Assembly: GCA_030704615.1 (NCBI GenBank)
Contig: CM060733.1
Span: 59,396,001 to 59,460,000 of the forward strand
Reading direction: 5' to 3'
Origin: Takakia lepidozioides
Lineage: Eukaryota > Plantae > Bryophyta
DNA: 64,000 bases
Below are positions 23,531-36,464 of this stretch, piece after piece. A model generated the notes under the pieces. The model was not told where the DNA came from. It made no database searches and saw only the letters and a program-made list of their open reading frames with translations. A program made the translations under genes and the position numbers. Within the stretch, counting starts at the first letter, position 1. Each line of letters begins with the position of its first letter.

Positions 23531-26239
23531 TTTTGGGAGAGTGCAGACACTGGATATTGGATGAGTTGCAATCATTGATTCATTGTCCTGGCTACTCCAC
23601 TAGATGCAAAGGGAGGTTGCGGAATATACATACATCGACATCCCACCTATCCGCACCCACCCATCGGCACACAGGGATTGGAAGACATGCAAGCACACCA
23701 TTGACACTACTCATGAAGTCTTCGAGTTGGTAAGTAATGAGGCGTCACCTTTGCCTTGATAGCTTTAACATCTGCCGTTTCAAGAGTTTCAAATGTTTCT
23801 TTTTTTATTAGTTAGACCCCAAACAGACATTCTAACAGCTTAGTTAAGTCATCCAATACCCTTAATTGGGACGTCTATGTAATCTGGAGCTTCACAAACC
23901 ATAGAACACAAGGAGAGCACTCAATTGCAAATGTTTAAATAACAGGATGGCTAAAATCCCTTCTAATGTGGGTTGGCTTCTTGGAATTTTGTGTGGATGT
24001 AGACTCTGGCAATCCTTGCATTGCACCACGCCCACATGGATGCCATTCTGGTCTGCGCCCATTGTCTTGATAGATACCAGCATTCAAGCATGATGTACAT
24101 ATTTATTTGCTTTCTTTTTAAAATAAAAATAAAAAGACTTGCCTACAATGCGAGGCAAAGCTTAAACATCATATAGAGCATTCTGCTACTGATATATTTT
24201 GCATTCTACACCCAAGAAACTACAAAGTGAAGACATGACAAAGGGAATACCAACAAATACGGCGGACAAGCTCCTTAAACCTGAACACAAGCCGTTGTAC
24301 GTTAGGCGGTGCAAACATGTACTGGTCTTGAATACCATCCAATTTCTTTGACACAGGTTTTGCTATGCTCATAGAATCACCTTAATGTACTCCCAATCGA
24401 CAAACTCAGGCACAGTCTTGATGATTTCCAATGCCAAAATTACAATGTTGCTCAATGAAGTAATCGGATTCATCTGCTCATCTGCAGCTTGTGTTGAAAC
24501 TTTGAAACAACATTCGTTCCTGAGCATTGAGACACCTTTTGGTCATCACGTTGTTGATGAACATCTGCACATTCACAAATTTCAGAGGTCAATTGATGCT
24601 AATAGGAAGCTTATAGGTAAATGGAAATAAATGACCAATTATGTTACTTCATACTTGTGTTCTCCGGTATATCAGTCCATTCCACATTTCTTGACTGTTG
24701 ATCGTTGTTGCCAAGACGTGCTTCAATAACATCAGGCACTACAAGCTGACATCTTACGGACGAGCTTACAACACTTCCATGCACTCGGCTTTGACTACGG
24801 AACATGCATACACTAGTGTACAATGAACCATTACATTGGTTGTGTAGAATCTCATTATTTGTGCAAGTTTTGTACCTCTTTTAGAAAACTTCTCACCCAT
24901 CTGGCTCTAATTTATTTGACTTGTGTAGTTGAGTATATCTCAGCCGCAACTAGTGGCAGATTTACATATTTCTAAAGCGGTGGTCAACACGGAAAGATAA
25001 GTTTGTTGCTTTATTAGCAGTTTCATACTATCGACAAGGAAATGCGCCAGTGCTATTAAATGTGATTCTTGGGGCCCAGCAAGGATCAATGCGCGTGCTA
25101 AGGACGCCTTCGTTGCGCATAATCTTTTTTATTGTCGTGGACACGTTTGCCACGATCCATGAATTAGATTGTTAGATCTAGTTTACGATGGAGCTGGAAT
25201 GGGATTATACAACATTCATCTCCCTAACGCTCTTGTTTGTTCCTCCCCCCGGAGCCTTACCAAATGACTTTGATATAGATTTGTTTTCTATTCAAAGTGA
25301 AATGTGCTAACCATTTCAAGTCTTGAGCCATATAGTTCATTCTTCAAAGTTTATAATCATAGTTCATAGTTTCTTGCTTAGGCGGTTGGTTTATTTAATA
25401 CCCAAGGATTTTGAGCTGTGGTGAGGTTACAACTCACCTTCATTTTCTTGTCTTTTTTACTTTACAAACATGAAAGTGTTATTATAATTTCTTCTTCACT
25501 GGCTGACGCCGATTCTCCACAGAACACTTTTGTACATCTAGTTTCTAATTTTTATTAGAGATCTTGTGGAATCTGCAAGATTGTCAGTATTAGAGTGTGA
25601 AAAAATCATTGAAAAAAGATAAAAACAAAGTACATTAATGAAAACAAAAGTGATTTAAGTTGAGAATGTTGAACTTACATCAGAAATTCTCCATGACATC
25701 TTTTTGAAGCTTGAAGTCAAGGTTTGTACATGCACATAGCTCGGAACCATCTCTCACAAAAAAGTTCTGAGTACAAAAGTAAGTAAAATAGATGTTACAT
25801 TTTTGAGGATTTGTAATTCAACATTGATCAAGCTTTAGTATAACGATTTCTTCAACATTACTAAAGACGGTTGCTATCACTCGTAGCAACCGTCTTTCCT
25901 AGACTGAGAAGAAGAGCAACACAATTGTGCTTGCATCTCAAAATGATAAAGACTTCCACTTGAGTTTAAAGCCTTTCTACCATGGAATTTGAAGTATATA
26001 GACCCAACTACATTTTTTGTTCTTGGATTTGCTGCAACTGTAGTCTCTTAGCATCTCTCACTAGGTTATCTCATGACTGCCAAAATCATTTCAAAATACA
26101 ACAGAGGGCCCATAAGAATGATGAAGAAGAGGAGATACAACATAGCAGGCATGTTTGTGGCTACGAAGAGAGGGAGATGAAGAATGGGAGCCTCAACCTC
26201 CTGCTCAAACTTACCTGAGAACTCAGACCCAACGAGTGC

Positions 26240-26352
26240 AACATCTTTTAGCATCATGAGAAGCCAAAAAAAAATAGTTGTTTATATCCTTGTGGCCATA
26301 CCTATTTTGTATGGAATGTTCACTAAAAATCTGGAGTGGGACAAACGATGTG
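26240..26352 (+). pseudogene. Degenerate copy of the RING-encoding segment at 47.87-47.97 kb
   Basis: GTTGTTTATATCCTTGTGGCCATAC...GTATGGAATGTTCACTAA...GACAAACGATGT is near-identical to 47890-47970, with indels. Confidence 0.75.
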
Positions 26353-27930
26353 GAAGTCCATCCAATACATTTTTGTATCTTTGCTTGGGTATTCTTCATG
26401 GAAATACATCCATTGCCCCAACATACCTTCTCATCATCTATAATATGCCCCTAGCATACTGGACATTGCAATTTAGGCGCCATTGCCTGCCCAATGGTTC
26501 TAGTGGCCTCCTCAAACAATCCAATAGTGACGTGTTTGGGTTCTAGTCACCACAAATGAAATTATTTGCGAGTGCAAACACATCGTACACTCCTTAGACA
26601 TCCTTAAATCCATGTAGGCACTATTTGAAATGCAAGTAGACAAGACCATCAACACATACACTTGCAAAGTCTTTTCCACCAAAGCAGGCAAAATCTCATC
26701 AGCATCATGTCTTTTTTTGCGTGCGAAAACTATCCAAGGACACAATCATAATGACATCCTCTGCTCTCAAATGCCTTCTAAAGTTGTAAGAAGCAAGTAG
26801 ATCTACATAATCTACAACACAATACAACATCTTCTTAAAAGGCCTTTTGAGTCTCAAGGCCGGAAAGATCCAAAGAACTTTGAAATGGAGAGCTAGAAAG
26901 CTGAGCAGACTCTTCTTCACCGGTCGACCATCTAATGGACCCCTTGCGTATGAATCATATGCCCCATTGTACAAGGTTGCAAACTGGAGGTTTTCTGTGC
27001 ATCACAAAACCACCCAACAATAGCCCTAATGGCCTTGGCTCAGAAACAAAATACCAATATACATATAATTAAAAAACGCTAAGTTCAGAGAGTCCTGAGA
27101 GGTTCAGGGAGAGAGTGATGTTTTGAGAGATGGAGGTGAGGCGTGGAATGGGTGAGTGGAGAGTGATGGCAATGGCGATGGAGCAGGAGCAGCGTGAACA
27201 GGTGCTCCAACAACTGTGCAGGGGGTGCCCAAGGCTATGACCATATTTGGAGTTGCTGGATGAGCTCTACCTTGACATGCCCTACTCTGTGGAGGATATC
27301 TGCTAGCCCTGGGGCTCTTGTACCTTCGTCCTGTAGGGTGACAAGACTAGCGACATTGCTACATCTCCATCGCCTTCAATTTCTCAGTCTCTCGTGAGAT
27401 GGTTTGGCCAAGGAAGGAGGGAAGGTTGGTTGGCTGTTTGTTTGTTTGTTTGTTCTAGTGGCTATTTTGCCGGTCTGTGTTTACCCCGCATCCACCCACC
27501 AATCTCTCTGTCTCTTCTGTCTCTGGGGCGAACTTAGATAGTGGTTAAGGATTTCGCTCTTCTTTGATTTTTCCGACGAATACAGCTCAAAATCCGGGCA
27601 GTCGTATATTCTTCTGAAAGCATGATTTCACAACACAAATTTCCCTCCAGAGCCCTAATAGCTGTGCGAAAGAGACTAGTTTTTCTTCCCCATAACATTA
27701 AGCTACGAAAACAGATTCGGTGGAAGCCATTAAGAGAATTTTAGTATATGTGAATCCGACTGTGGCTGTGGGTGTTGTTTGTGATGCTTAGCAGAGGCAA
27801 GGTACTGTCCACTTCTGTCATGAAGTCTCTAAATGGGACAACCCATTTGTCAATCTAAGGTTGCAAGTTTTGGATGCTCGACATCTGCTGCCTGAAATTA
27901 CACTAAGCATTTTTCGTCTTTGCAGAGAGC

Positions 27931-29921
27931 ATGGAAGAGTTCTTTGCCATCTTGCGCCATGCATGGCAAGTCCATTCAAGAGTATCGGGCTGGAAAAATG
28001 GACCCAATTGTCTCCTGCAACTAGGTAAAATGAGGGGGTGGCTTGAAGCAGGATTCCTTTTTGCCATCCCTGGTACTTTTCAGGGTCCCTCAAGAATTTA
28101 CTCTTCAAGTTATCCAAGTATCTTTAGATATTTTCCATTTTCTGGGGAAGATAGAACTTACCAATATCTTGGTGACTCAGGTAGACCATGTTTGACCACA
28201 GACAAGGTGGCCAATAAAGGTAGGGCACCATTGCAGGCTCTGTCAGAGTGGGGTGTTTTTGCATCTCTGCCTGCTTTGCCACTGCTTCCCTCTGGATTGT
28301 GTTCGTTACTGCCGAATGGATCCCTTCGTCTTGTAGAATTAATTTTGTTGCGAAGGAGTTTCTCTGTAGGTGGTAAGAACGTTAGATACAATGCACCCTC
28401 AAGCTGCTCCTGGAGTGACTGGAGCTGGCTGTTTGCAATCAGAGGAAGTGTTCAGCAATTCTGCATTGGGCCATCATCAGCAGGTGCCCTTCCCCATTTT
28501 GTATTCCTGCCACAGTTTGCTTGCAGGCATCTTCAAAACCTGCAAGCTTCTTTCTCGACAGGTGTAGGTCCTACACCTAAAGGGTCTGCGGTTGATGACT
28601 GTAGAGAAGATCCAAGCAATGCTAGCCAGAGTGTTATGCAGAATCAAAGTGGCCGGTCTGGGAAAGGAAGATCATCAGACAGTCAGGATATGCAGCGCCT
28701 GATCGATGCTAAGACTGTCTGGAGCATCTGCAATGTTCTGAAGGAAGGACACTGGGGTCCTGAGACTGCAGAAGCTTTAGGGCAGCTGCAAGTCGATTTG
28801 AGGGCCAGACATGTAAATAGAGTGGTGCGGCAACTGCAAAATGCAGATGTGGCATTACAGTTTTTCAAGTGGGCCGACGGTCAACCTTCGTATCACCATA
28901 GCACGTATACATATAATGCTATCATTGAAAGGATGGGAGCTGCCAAGAATGTTGAGGCACAGTACGAGTTGCTGCAGGTACTCATTCTTTAACGCCTTCC
29001 CAGCATCTACTTCATTATGACAAAACTAATGACCTTAGTGGACTCATCATCCCAGAGAACTACTAATATCTAGAAATGTGGTGGGTGGGTGATGGGTGTA
29101 CACTTTCTGGTTTTAATTTCATTTACCTCTAAGTCGTATAGTGTAGCCATCTGGAATGCAGTCATCCTGGTGGGAAATCCCTCCCACTTGTAAAGGGGCG
29201 TACATGTTAAGTGAAAGTGTTGGAAGACCTTTGCTGCAGAAACTTATGAGCAGATTAATTGCCCACTTTGGAATTACACATACAACACACATCTCGGCTC
29301 AACGAAAGACAAGTTCCCCTCTTAACAGGGCTGGGCCGGGGATTAGAAGAGAATGGCTCTGAATAAAGTTGAAGTTGGTCTAATCAGAACTTGATGAAAC
29401 TCGAGGTAATGTTGGTGTTCATCAGTGTTTGGATTGGCTGACACTGGTCAAGTGCTAGCTGCACTGGTATGACTTTAGTGCTATTATCTAAAACACGTTG
29501 TTGGCTGCAGGACATGCATCGTCAGGGCTGCCAAATGAATGTGGCCACCTTCAACATCCTTTTTGTAAGCTTCAGTAGGGCCAGGAATACACAGGGTGTA
29601 GTGGACACGTTTGACAGAATGGCAAAGTATGGGTGCAGTCCAAATGCTTTCACTTTCAAATGTGTCATACGCTCTCTCGTTTGGGGTGGGGATGTCCTGA
29701 AGGCCACCGAGACATACAGGCAAATGCTGCAGTTTGGGTTCGTGCCTGACAATTTCACTTACAATGGTCTCATTGATGGGCTTTGCAAGGTGGGCAATGT
29801 GAATGCCGCTTACGAGATTTTTCAGGAGATGGGACAGCATGGTTGCACTCCTGATGCCTATGCACACGTGGCTCTGATGCGGGGCTTTGATGCCACTGTT
29901 GTCCTCCGACAGTATCAGTAG
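27931..29921 (+). CDS. P-class pentatricopeptide repeat protein, exons 27931-28977 and 29511-29921 (short, possibly truncated)
   Basis: VALQFFKWADGQPSYHHSTYTYNAII plus tandem 35-aa repeats (PNAFTF, PDNFTYNGLIDGLCKVG). Phase-0 GT-AG intron. Start codon uncertain. Confidence 0.75.
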
Positions 29922-30822
29922 ATTGAAGTGTAAGAAAAGTAGCTTGAAGGATACATCTGGTTAAATTTCCTTAAAAGTGAGATATTCAATGGTGGGCCTG
30001 TACCTCTTTTCAAGTAAAAGAACAAACTAACTTAGTAATCAGCTCATATGACACTACTTTTGTTTCTAGGCTTGCTGCAGGTAGAGCCAATGGATCTGCT
30101 GGTAACGTTGTCCTGGATGTTGTTGTCACGAAGTGGGTACTTCAATGAAATCAGGCAGTGTCCTAGTTCCGGGATCCTTTTCGAGAATCACTAAACCCAT
30201 CCAAGAATCATAATAGAGACAGGCCAGTCTGGCCACAATATTGACTGAACCTCAACATCTATTGTCCATGAAGCCAGTGGCAGCCATCTCGTTCTCAAGC
30301 ACCAACAGAAGCTGATAAGGGTACAATCTTATCAATTTGCATGTCCTGCCAGCTCCTCTTAGCCGCATGAGGAGGGAGTTCATTGCTCCTGTGAAGCCTC
30401 GACCAAGAAATGTGCTTGGTGAGACTGCCACATAGTGGTTACTATGCAAGAAACCATGCCTTCCTCATCCCATCTGTTCATCATCAACACCTGCAACTTG
30501 AGAACTGAGGGGTTAGGGATTGGAGCCAATTTTTCCTCGGACCCAAATGAGTGTGATGTTTATTGGAAGATCATAGGGAACATATCTTCAACGTTCTTAA
30601 GAGAGGAACACAGTTTTCAGGGTTTAGGGTTTAGGGTATACTATGTAAGAGGTCGGGGTCAAATTCCATGCAGTTGGAGTTCTGCACAAGCTCTTAACAC
30701 ATTTCGATCTGCATCGACTTCCCCACAGTCGGGAGATTGCTTAGGCTGGAGACTGGATGGGCGACGATGCCTCCAGTTGATGTCCTTGTCTTTCTTCTCC
30801 GGAGAAGGGGAAGGGATGGAGG

Positions 30823-33240
30823 ATGATGTGGTGCCCAGAGCGTTCTGTGGGGACGGTGGTAGCCTGTGGGTTTTCCTCTGTCTTAGCGCGGGCACAAGGA
30901 ATTCCCCTGCCAAGTACTGGCAAGTTTGCTTGTAAGGAAATCTTCAACGGGTTGCTCCGAACGGTTGAAATCATGGCCAAAAAGGCACGATTACTGTCTT
31001 CACTTGCTTATAGGCTTGCTCATAAGGAAGGCTTGCTTCCCCATGATGTGGGTGGGAAAGAGTCACTTCCGAAGATTGTTGTCGGAAATGTCTGTAATAT
31101 ATTGTGGCGCACAAAATGGGGCCATGGCACTGAGGAAGCCTTGCGGCAGCTCAACATCTACTTCACTCCGAGTGTCGTGTACGAGGTGCTGAGGTTCCAG
31201 CAAGATGTTGATGTGGCATGGGGCTTTTTCAAGTTTGTGAAGCAGCAAGCTGATTATAAGCACAATGCGCGGATTTACGGGAAAATATTGTCTCTTCTTG
31301 GAGTGGCCAAAAGGTACGAAGAGATGCAACCGCTGCTTGAGGAGATGCAAAAGGAGGGCTGTGGCTTGGACATTATGCTGTTCAATACGCTCATTAATAT
31401 TTATGGCGAGGCCAACATGACAGACAAAGCACTAGAGACCTTGGAGGCTTTGAAGAAGGGGGGAGGACGCCCCACAGCTTATACTTATAGCACATTAGTT
31501 CAAGTCTTCATGAAGGCTGGTGACGTTAAAAATGGCATAGCAATGTATGAGCAGATGTTGCAGGCTCGCTGTGTGCCGGACAATACCACTTTCAACATTC
31601 TTATTGATGGCCTTGCTAAGGCCGGACAGGTAAGCGGTTTTGCTTGTCAAAGTTGTCGGTTGTGTTGTCATTGTGGAAATATTTACTTTTATTGAAGTTT
31701 GTACCTGAATTGGCAGCTCTCCAGATGCTGTAGAAGCTGGACACTTATCATAACTAAGATGCCAGGCAGGCTTGGAATCAGCTAACCACATTGGCAGCCT
31801 TTGAAAGCTGACAGGATTCAGGTTTTATTCCTTAGGCGTTGAGATGCATTTTCAAGATTTCAGTTCTCTGTGGACGCTGTATTACGGCATGAACAACGAT
31901 TGAAACAGCTCTGTCTCAAATGAGTTGCAAAAGTTTACACATTTTGCTTGGTCATGGTGCATTCATGAGCCCAAGTAGAGCAATCAGTGCGGTAAAGTCA
32001 GGAGCAGCTGACTGACAACCCTAGCAGTATTTGATGGTATATCATCTTCTCTGAAATGGAAGTACTGGCACAGGTGGATGAGGCTTGCATGGTGTTTGAG
32101 AGAATGGGCAAGCTCTATGTCCAGCCAGATGTGTACACGTACACAATCCTCATTCGGAGCCTTGGAGAAATAGGGAAAGCGGATGCAGCACTGAAGGTTT
32201 TTGATGACATGATTGTGCAACGTTGCAGACCCAATGTCTACACCTACCACAGTTTGATGCATGCTCTTGGAAGTGCGGGAAGAGTAGATGAAGCTTGTAA
32301 TGTCTTCCAAGACATGCTCAAGAAGGGACATCGTCCTGATTCATGCTCATACAACATTCTGATTGATGCCCTTGGCAAAGTTGGGCAGTTGGATAGAGCA
32401 TTTGAGTGTTTTGAGCAGTCCAAGAGTTACACAAATGCAATGACCTACAACAGCCTGTTAAGCAGCCTTGGTAACAAAGGAGACACAAAAGCTCTGTTGG
32501 AGCTTTTTGGGCAGATGAAAGCCAACGGCTTCTCAGCTAATGAACTTACCTATGCTATTCTGATTGAACGACTTGGCCGAGCTGGAAAAGTGGAGGATGT
32601 GTGGAAATTATACACAGAAATGGTGGAAAACAACATAAAGTATGACATTGTTACCATCAACAATGTTCTTGATTGCTTGGGTAAGGCTGGCCAGGTTGAT
32701 TCGGCCTGCCAGCTTTTTGAAGAAATGAAAACCAAGGGTCTGACTCCAGATACTGTGACTTACAACATTTTGATTAATGGCCTTGGCAAAGCAGGCAAGA
32801 CAGATGCAGCCTGTGCGTTCCTGCAGGAGATGGGGGATAATGGGTGCCAACCCAATGTTGTTACCTATAATTCACTCATCAACAGCTTTGGGAAGTGCAG
32901 CAACATACAGGCCGCATCAAAGCTCTTTCAAGAGATGAAGGATAGGGGAGTTTGTCCCAATGTCGTCTCTTATTCATCTCTCATTGAAGGCCTTGGCAAG
33001 ACAGGCAGAACTGACACTGCCCTTGCGTTATTTGAAGAGATGAAACAAAAAGACTGCTCTCCGAATCATGTGACATATAACCTTCTCATTGATTTTCTTA
33101 TCAGGGCTGGCAGGTTTAGTGCTGCTCTGAACCTTCTTCAAGAAATGAAGGCCAATGGTTGTGAAATTGGGGATGTGACCCATACCGTAATTGCGAAACT
33201 ACCCCCCCAATATTGGGAGGAGGCTTCTAAAATTCTTTAG
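30823..33240 (+). CDS. P-class pentatricopeptide repeat protein, exons 30823-31629 and 32074-33240
   Basis: Many intact PPR repeats (PDVYTYTILIRSLG, PDTVTYNILINGLGKAG, PNVVTYNSLI). The phase-0 intron joins KAGQ|VDEAC. Confidence 0.9.
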
Positions 33241-36236
33241 GTGGAGTCCCGCATTCAGCTGCTTGCTGAGACTAGGGAGACATAAGTGAGATGAGCCTGA
33301 GATGAGGGTTCCGTCCAGCTTTCAGCATGTGTTCAATACAACTGCCTACTGAGCTCTGTGTTCTTTCATCTGCATGTTTCAATACTGGTGCCCAGTGCTG
33401 GTGGTGCTCTCCCTCCCTGCAAACGCAAATTCCCCTTGGTCAACCTATTTTCTGAGCTGGTATGAGACTAAGTTATTGCAAGACCACGGTGAACTGTATC
33501 TTTTCACGTTGCAGAGCTGTTGCAGGTAATTTTCTCTTCCGCATTTTGGACTATCACCCGACCCATTAACAGCTGCCTCAGCACAGTTTTTTTGCTGTGA
33601 AATGGGACAAACAAGCAGATATGTGTACATGTGCTCAGACATATGACTGCATTCATTAAGAGCTTCTACTTTCTTGTTACCGAGCTTATTGCTTAGGTCA
33701 AGCTCGTCGTCTATTCATGCATTGCAGATTCCCCAGCTCAGTCCTTGGATTATCACACGAAATCCATTATTTCAAAGCAGAAACCTAGCAAGTTATCCTT
33801 GTTACAGACATTCACGCCTGTGCAGGCCAATTCTGTTGGCTCTGCCCTATCTGTAGGGAGAGATCAAGTATTGACTTATGCACTGGTTCGCGATATGTCC
33901 GTAGGGGCTAACCTGCCTTGGATGATACCACATTGACATTTGCAGATGTTCCAGACCATTTCCAGAGACTATGTTCTTACTTCTGTGGGAGGAGACCAAA
34001 CTTCAGGAAGCTCTTAAGGGACCATGCTTGCTGCTTCATTTATCAAGGACACCAGGTGGAGCACGCAGAAGGCACTACCCCTGCTCTCTTGAATGACCCA
34101 TGGAGAGGTTATGAAAGGTTGTCTTCTTGCAGTGGACAGGGGCAAGCCTCACATCATGCAGTGCCAGGCTGGAGAGCTGGGTATGGGGGACCCAAACCCT
34201 TGCAAGTGATGGCTACGACACCTCCCCAGACTGGAGGGATACCAATGAAAGGTATGGACGTGAAAGTCTTTGCACACTTCTTTTGTCTCTTATCTGTTTG
34301 CGCCAGACTCCATACTGTGCTTTCCTCCTTCCATGAGCGCATCTGACATGTCTTGTATATTTATCTTTCCGTTTATTGTATGAGAGAGGGAGGTACATGC
34401 TTGCAGCCAGAGGCACTGTGGGAAACATCCACCATGTTCTTCTTTAGTGAGAGTGATTCAGGGATCATGCATAGGCCACATGAATCCCACTGCAAGTTTC
34501 AAGGTGTGCAAGCTTTTGAGATCACTCCTTAAGGGCCAGGCATGACAGATGCGACCCACATTGCTGTCACTCATCTGGAGCAGTGCAAATGAGCAAACAG
34601 CAGGGACACTCATCTGAGAAAAATAAGGAGTTGCGGAAGACTGTAAATATAACCACATCTGCAGACATAGGCTATGCGAAACCTCGATGAGTCTCCACTG
34701 AATATCAGGCCCCCCCAGAGCAAATTGTAGGGTTTCTACCAACCAAGTCTCAAAAGTCAGCCTGCAAATGTCATAATGCATGCACAGCTATGACAACCAA
34801 CAGGGTTTGATTTCTACTCTAAAGGGAAGTAAAAACAACAAGCCACAGAACACTGCTGATTTCAGCACTTCTGCCCAAGCCCCAACCTGATGTGACACGG
34901 GGACGTGGTGCTTGCACTGCAGTCACACCATGCTTGCCACAAGTAGAGAGGGAGAGGAGAGATTTATGGAAAGTCTGTAGGTGTCTTCCTCCATATAAGC
35001 ATTAGGGCTCCTCAATATTAGCCGAGGAATTTACAAGCTGGTAAGTTCTCATGATGTTGTAGTTCTTGTACAGGTCACAGAAACAACTATGGCTGGAGCT
35101 CTTCTCAGATCAAATGCTTAACAGGACAGTAGTTTTGTGTGGTGATGCTATCATCAGTAATCTAGAGACTGAGGCAATTGAAAAGCTGGCACAGTTCTCA
35201 TGGTATTGTGTTTCTTGCATGCAGGTCTGGCATGAGCATAGAACAGCCCTGGCAAACTGGTAGAATGGTGGTGTGAGGCTGTCTTCATTAAGGATGTTGA
35301 AAAGGAGGCTTCTGTCGAAGCTAGTAGGATGATGTACATGGACTCTTTTGAATTAATGACTGTCTCATGAAGGGAATGGCGAAGGTGTTCCTGACATTGT
35401 GTTAAAGATACTTGCAGACTTGTGGTTGTAGTCTGGTCTATGGGAGATTGTAGCTATGGCATTGTCAGCCACCAACTATTTGCTTTTACAGAGAAGTGCA
35501 ATACCAGCAGACTTGAGGCATAAGGGGGTTACAAACCCCTCCTTGGGTGCAAGTGGTATATGAGGTTGAGAACTGCTGAGGGAGTTAACAATATTTTTTT
35601 TTGATGTTTGTGGGGGTGACAACACTACTAGAGGCATGGACGGTAGATATAAAGAAACAATACTTCTGTTGGCCCTGCCCCACAGGGTAGGGACAAAAGC
35701 ATCAAGTTGGCCAAAGTGACCTTAACCTTATATCATGGGTTGTTCCCATGAGACTTAATGGGAACATGAAAGGTTTTAGTTCCCAGTTGGGCACATGTTA
35801 CACTTCATATCAATGAAACCATGGCAGGGCCTCCGCGTATCTCACGCCTTGTTTCTGTCTCAGGAGGCATCAATACCAAGGATCTTGAAATGGCTTAAAC
35901 CCAATTATTTTCATTTGGGTACCAATTAAGAGACCCGGAAAAGGTATTGCTCTATCTCACAAGGGTGCAGGCTTGTATTACTTCTATATAACTGTGGATT
36001 GTGGCTTTTTTCCTTGCCATGAGCATCAATAGGGTACTGCCGCATCAATAGGGTCACTGACATGTCTATTTATATGCTCTGTTACACTTTTGTTGTGGTA
36101 TCAGGTTTAGGACATACCAGACTGGTCCTGGTACTAGACGCATCACAAAACTTTCATACCACTCTGGTGTATATAATCGTGGATGTATTTGTTTCCAGAT
36201 ACTGGTAGTATGAGTGTGATATCATGACCACACAGA

Positions 36237-36464
36237 TGTTGGAGTGTCAAGGTTATAGCCCTTGCACGGCACTTTGAGAACAGAACGGGACGGGTAGCTC
36301 AGTGGTAGAGCACCTCACCGGAATGGGGGAGGTCCTAGGTTCAATCCCTAGCCCGACCACACGCCAGTGGTTTTCCAACATGGTATCAGAGCCAAGGTTG
36401 GGGTGGTGGTCAGAATGGGTAGGCATTAGCTATAAGGGCTATGCCTTGAGGGGGAGTGTTGGAG
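36237..36464 (+). mobile_element. TRIM with tRNA-like sequence in its LTR (Helenus-type); second LTR truncated
   Basis: LTR TGTTGG...CCAACA at 36237-36380, PBS TGGTATCAGAGC at 36381-36392, PPT GAGGGGGAG at 36448-36456, then TGTTGGAG. Confidence 0.85.
36288..36359 (+). ncRNA. tRNA-derived sequence (Pol III A and B boxes) within TRIM LTR
   Basis: TAGCTCAGTGGTAGAGC D-arm, CTAGG-TTCAATC-CCTAG T-arm, 6/7 acceptor-stem pairs. The anticodon arm is degenerate. Confidence 0.8.

Noticed and set aside
34190-34260. Short inverted similarity (CCCTTGCAAGTGATGGC) to ~52808-52824
   Set aside because: Too short and degraded to assign; probably an old repeat.
36288-36359. Functional tRNA gene
   Set aside because: Degenerate anticodon arm, acceptor-stem mismatch, and embedded in an LTR.
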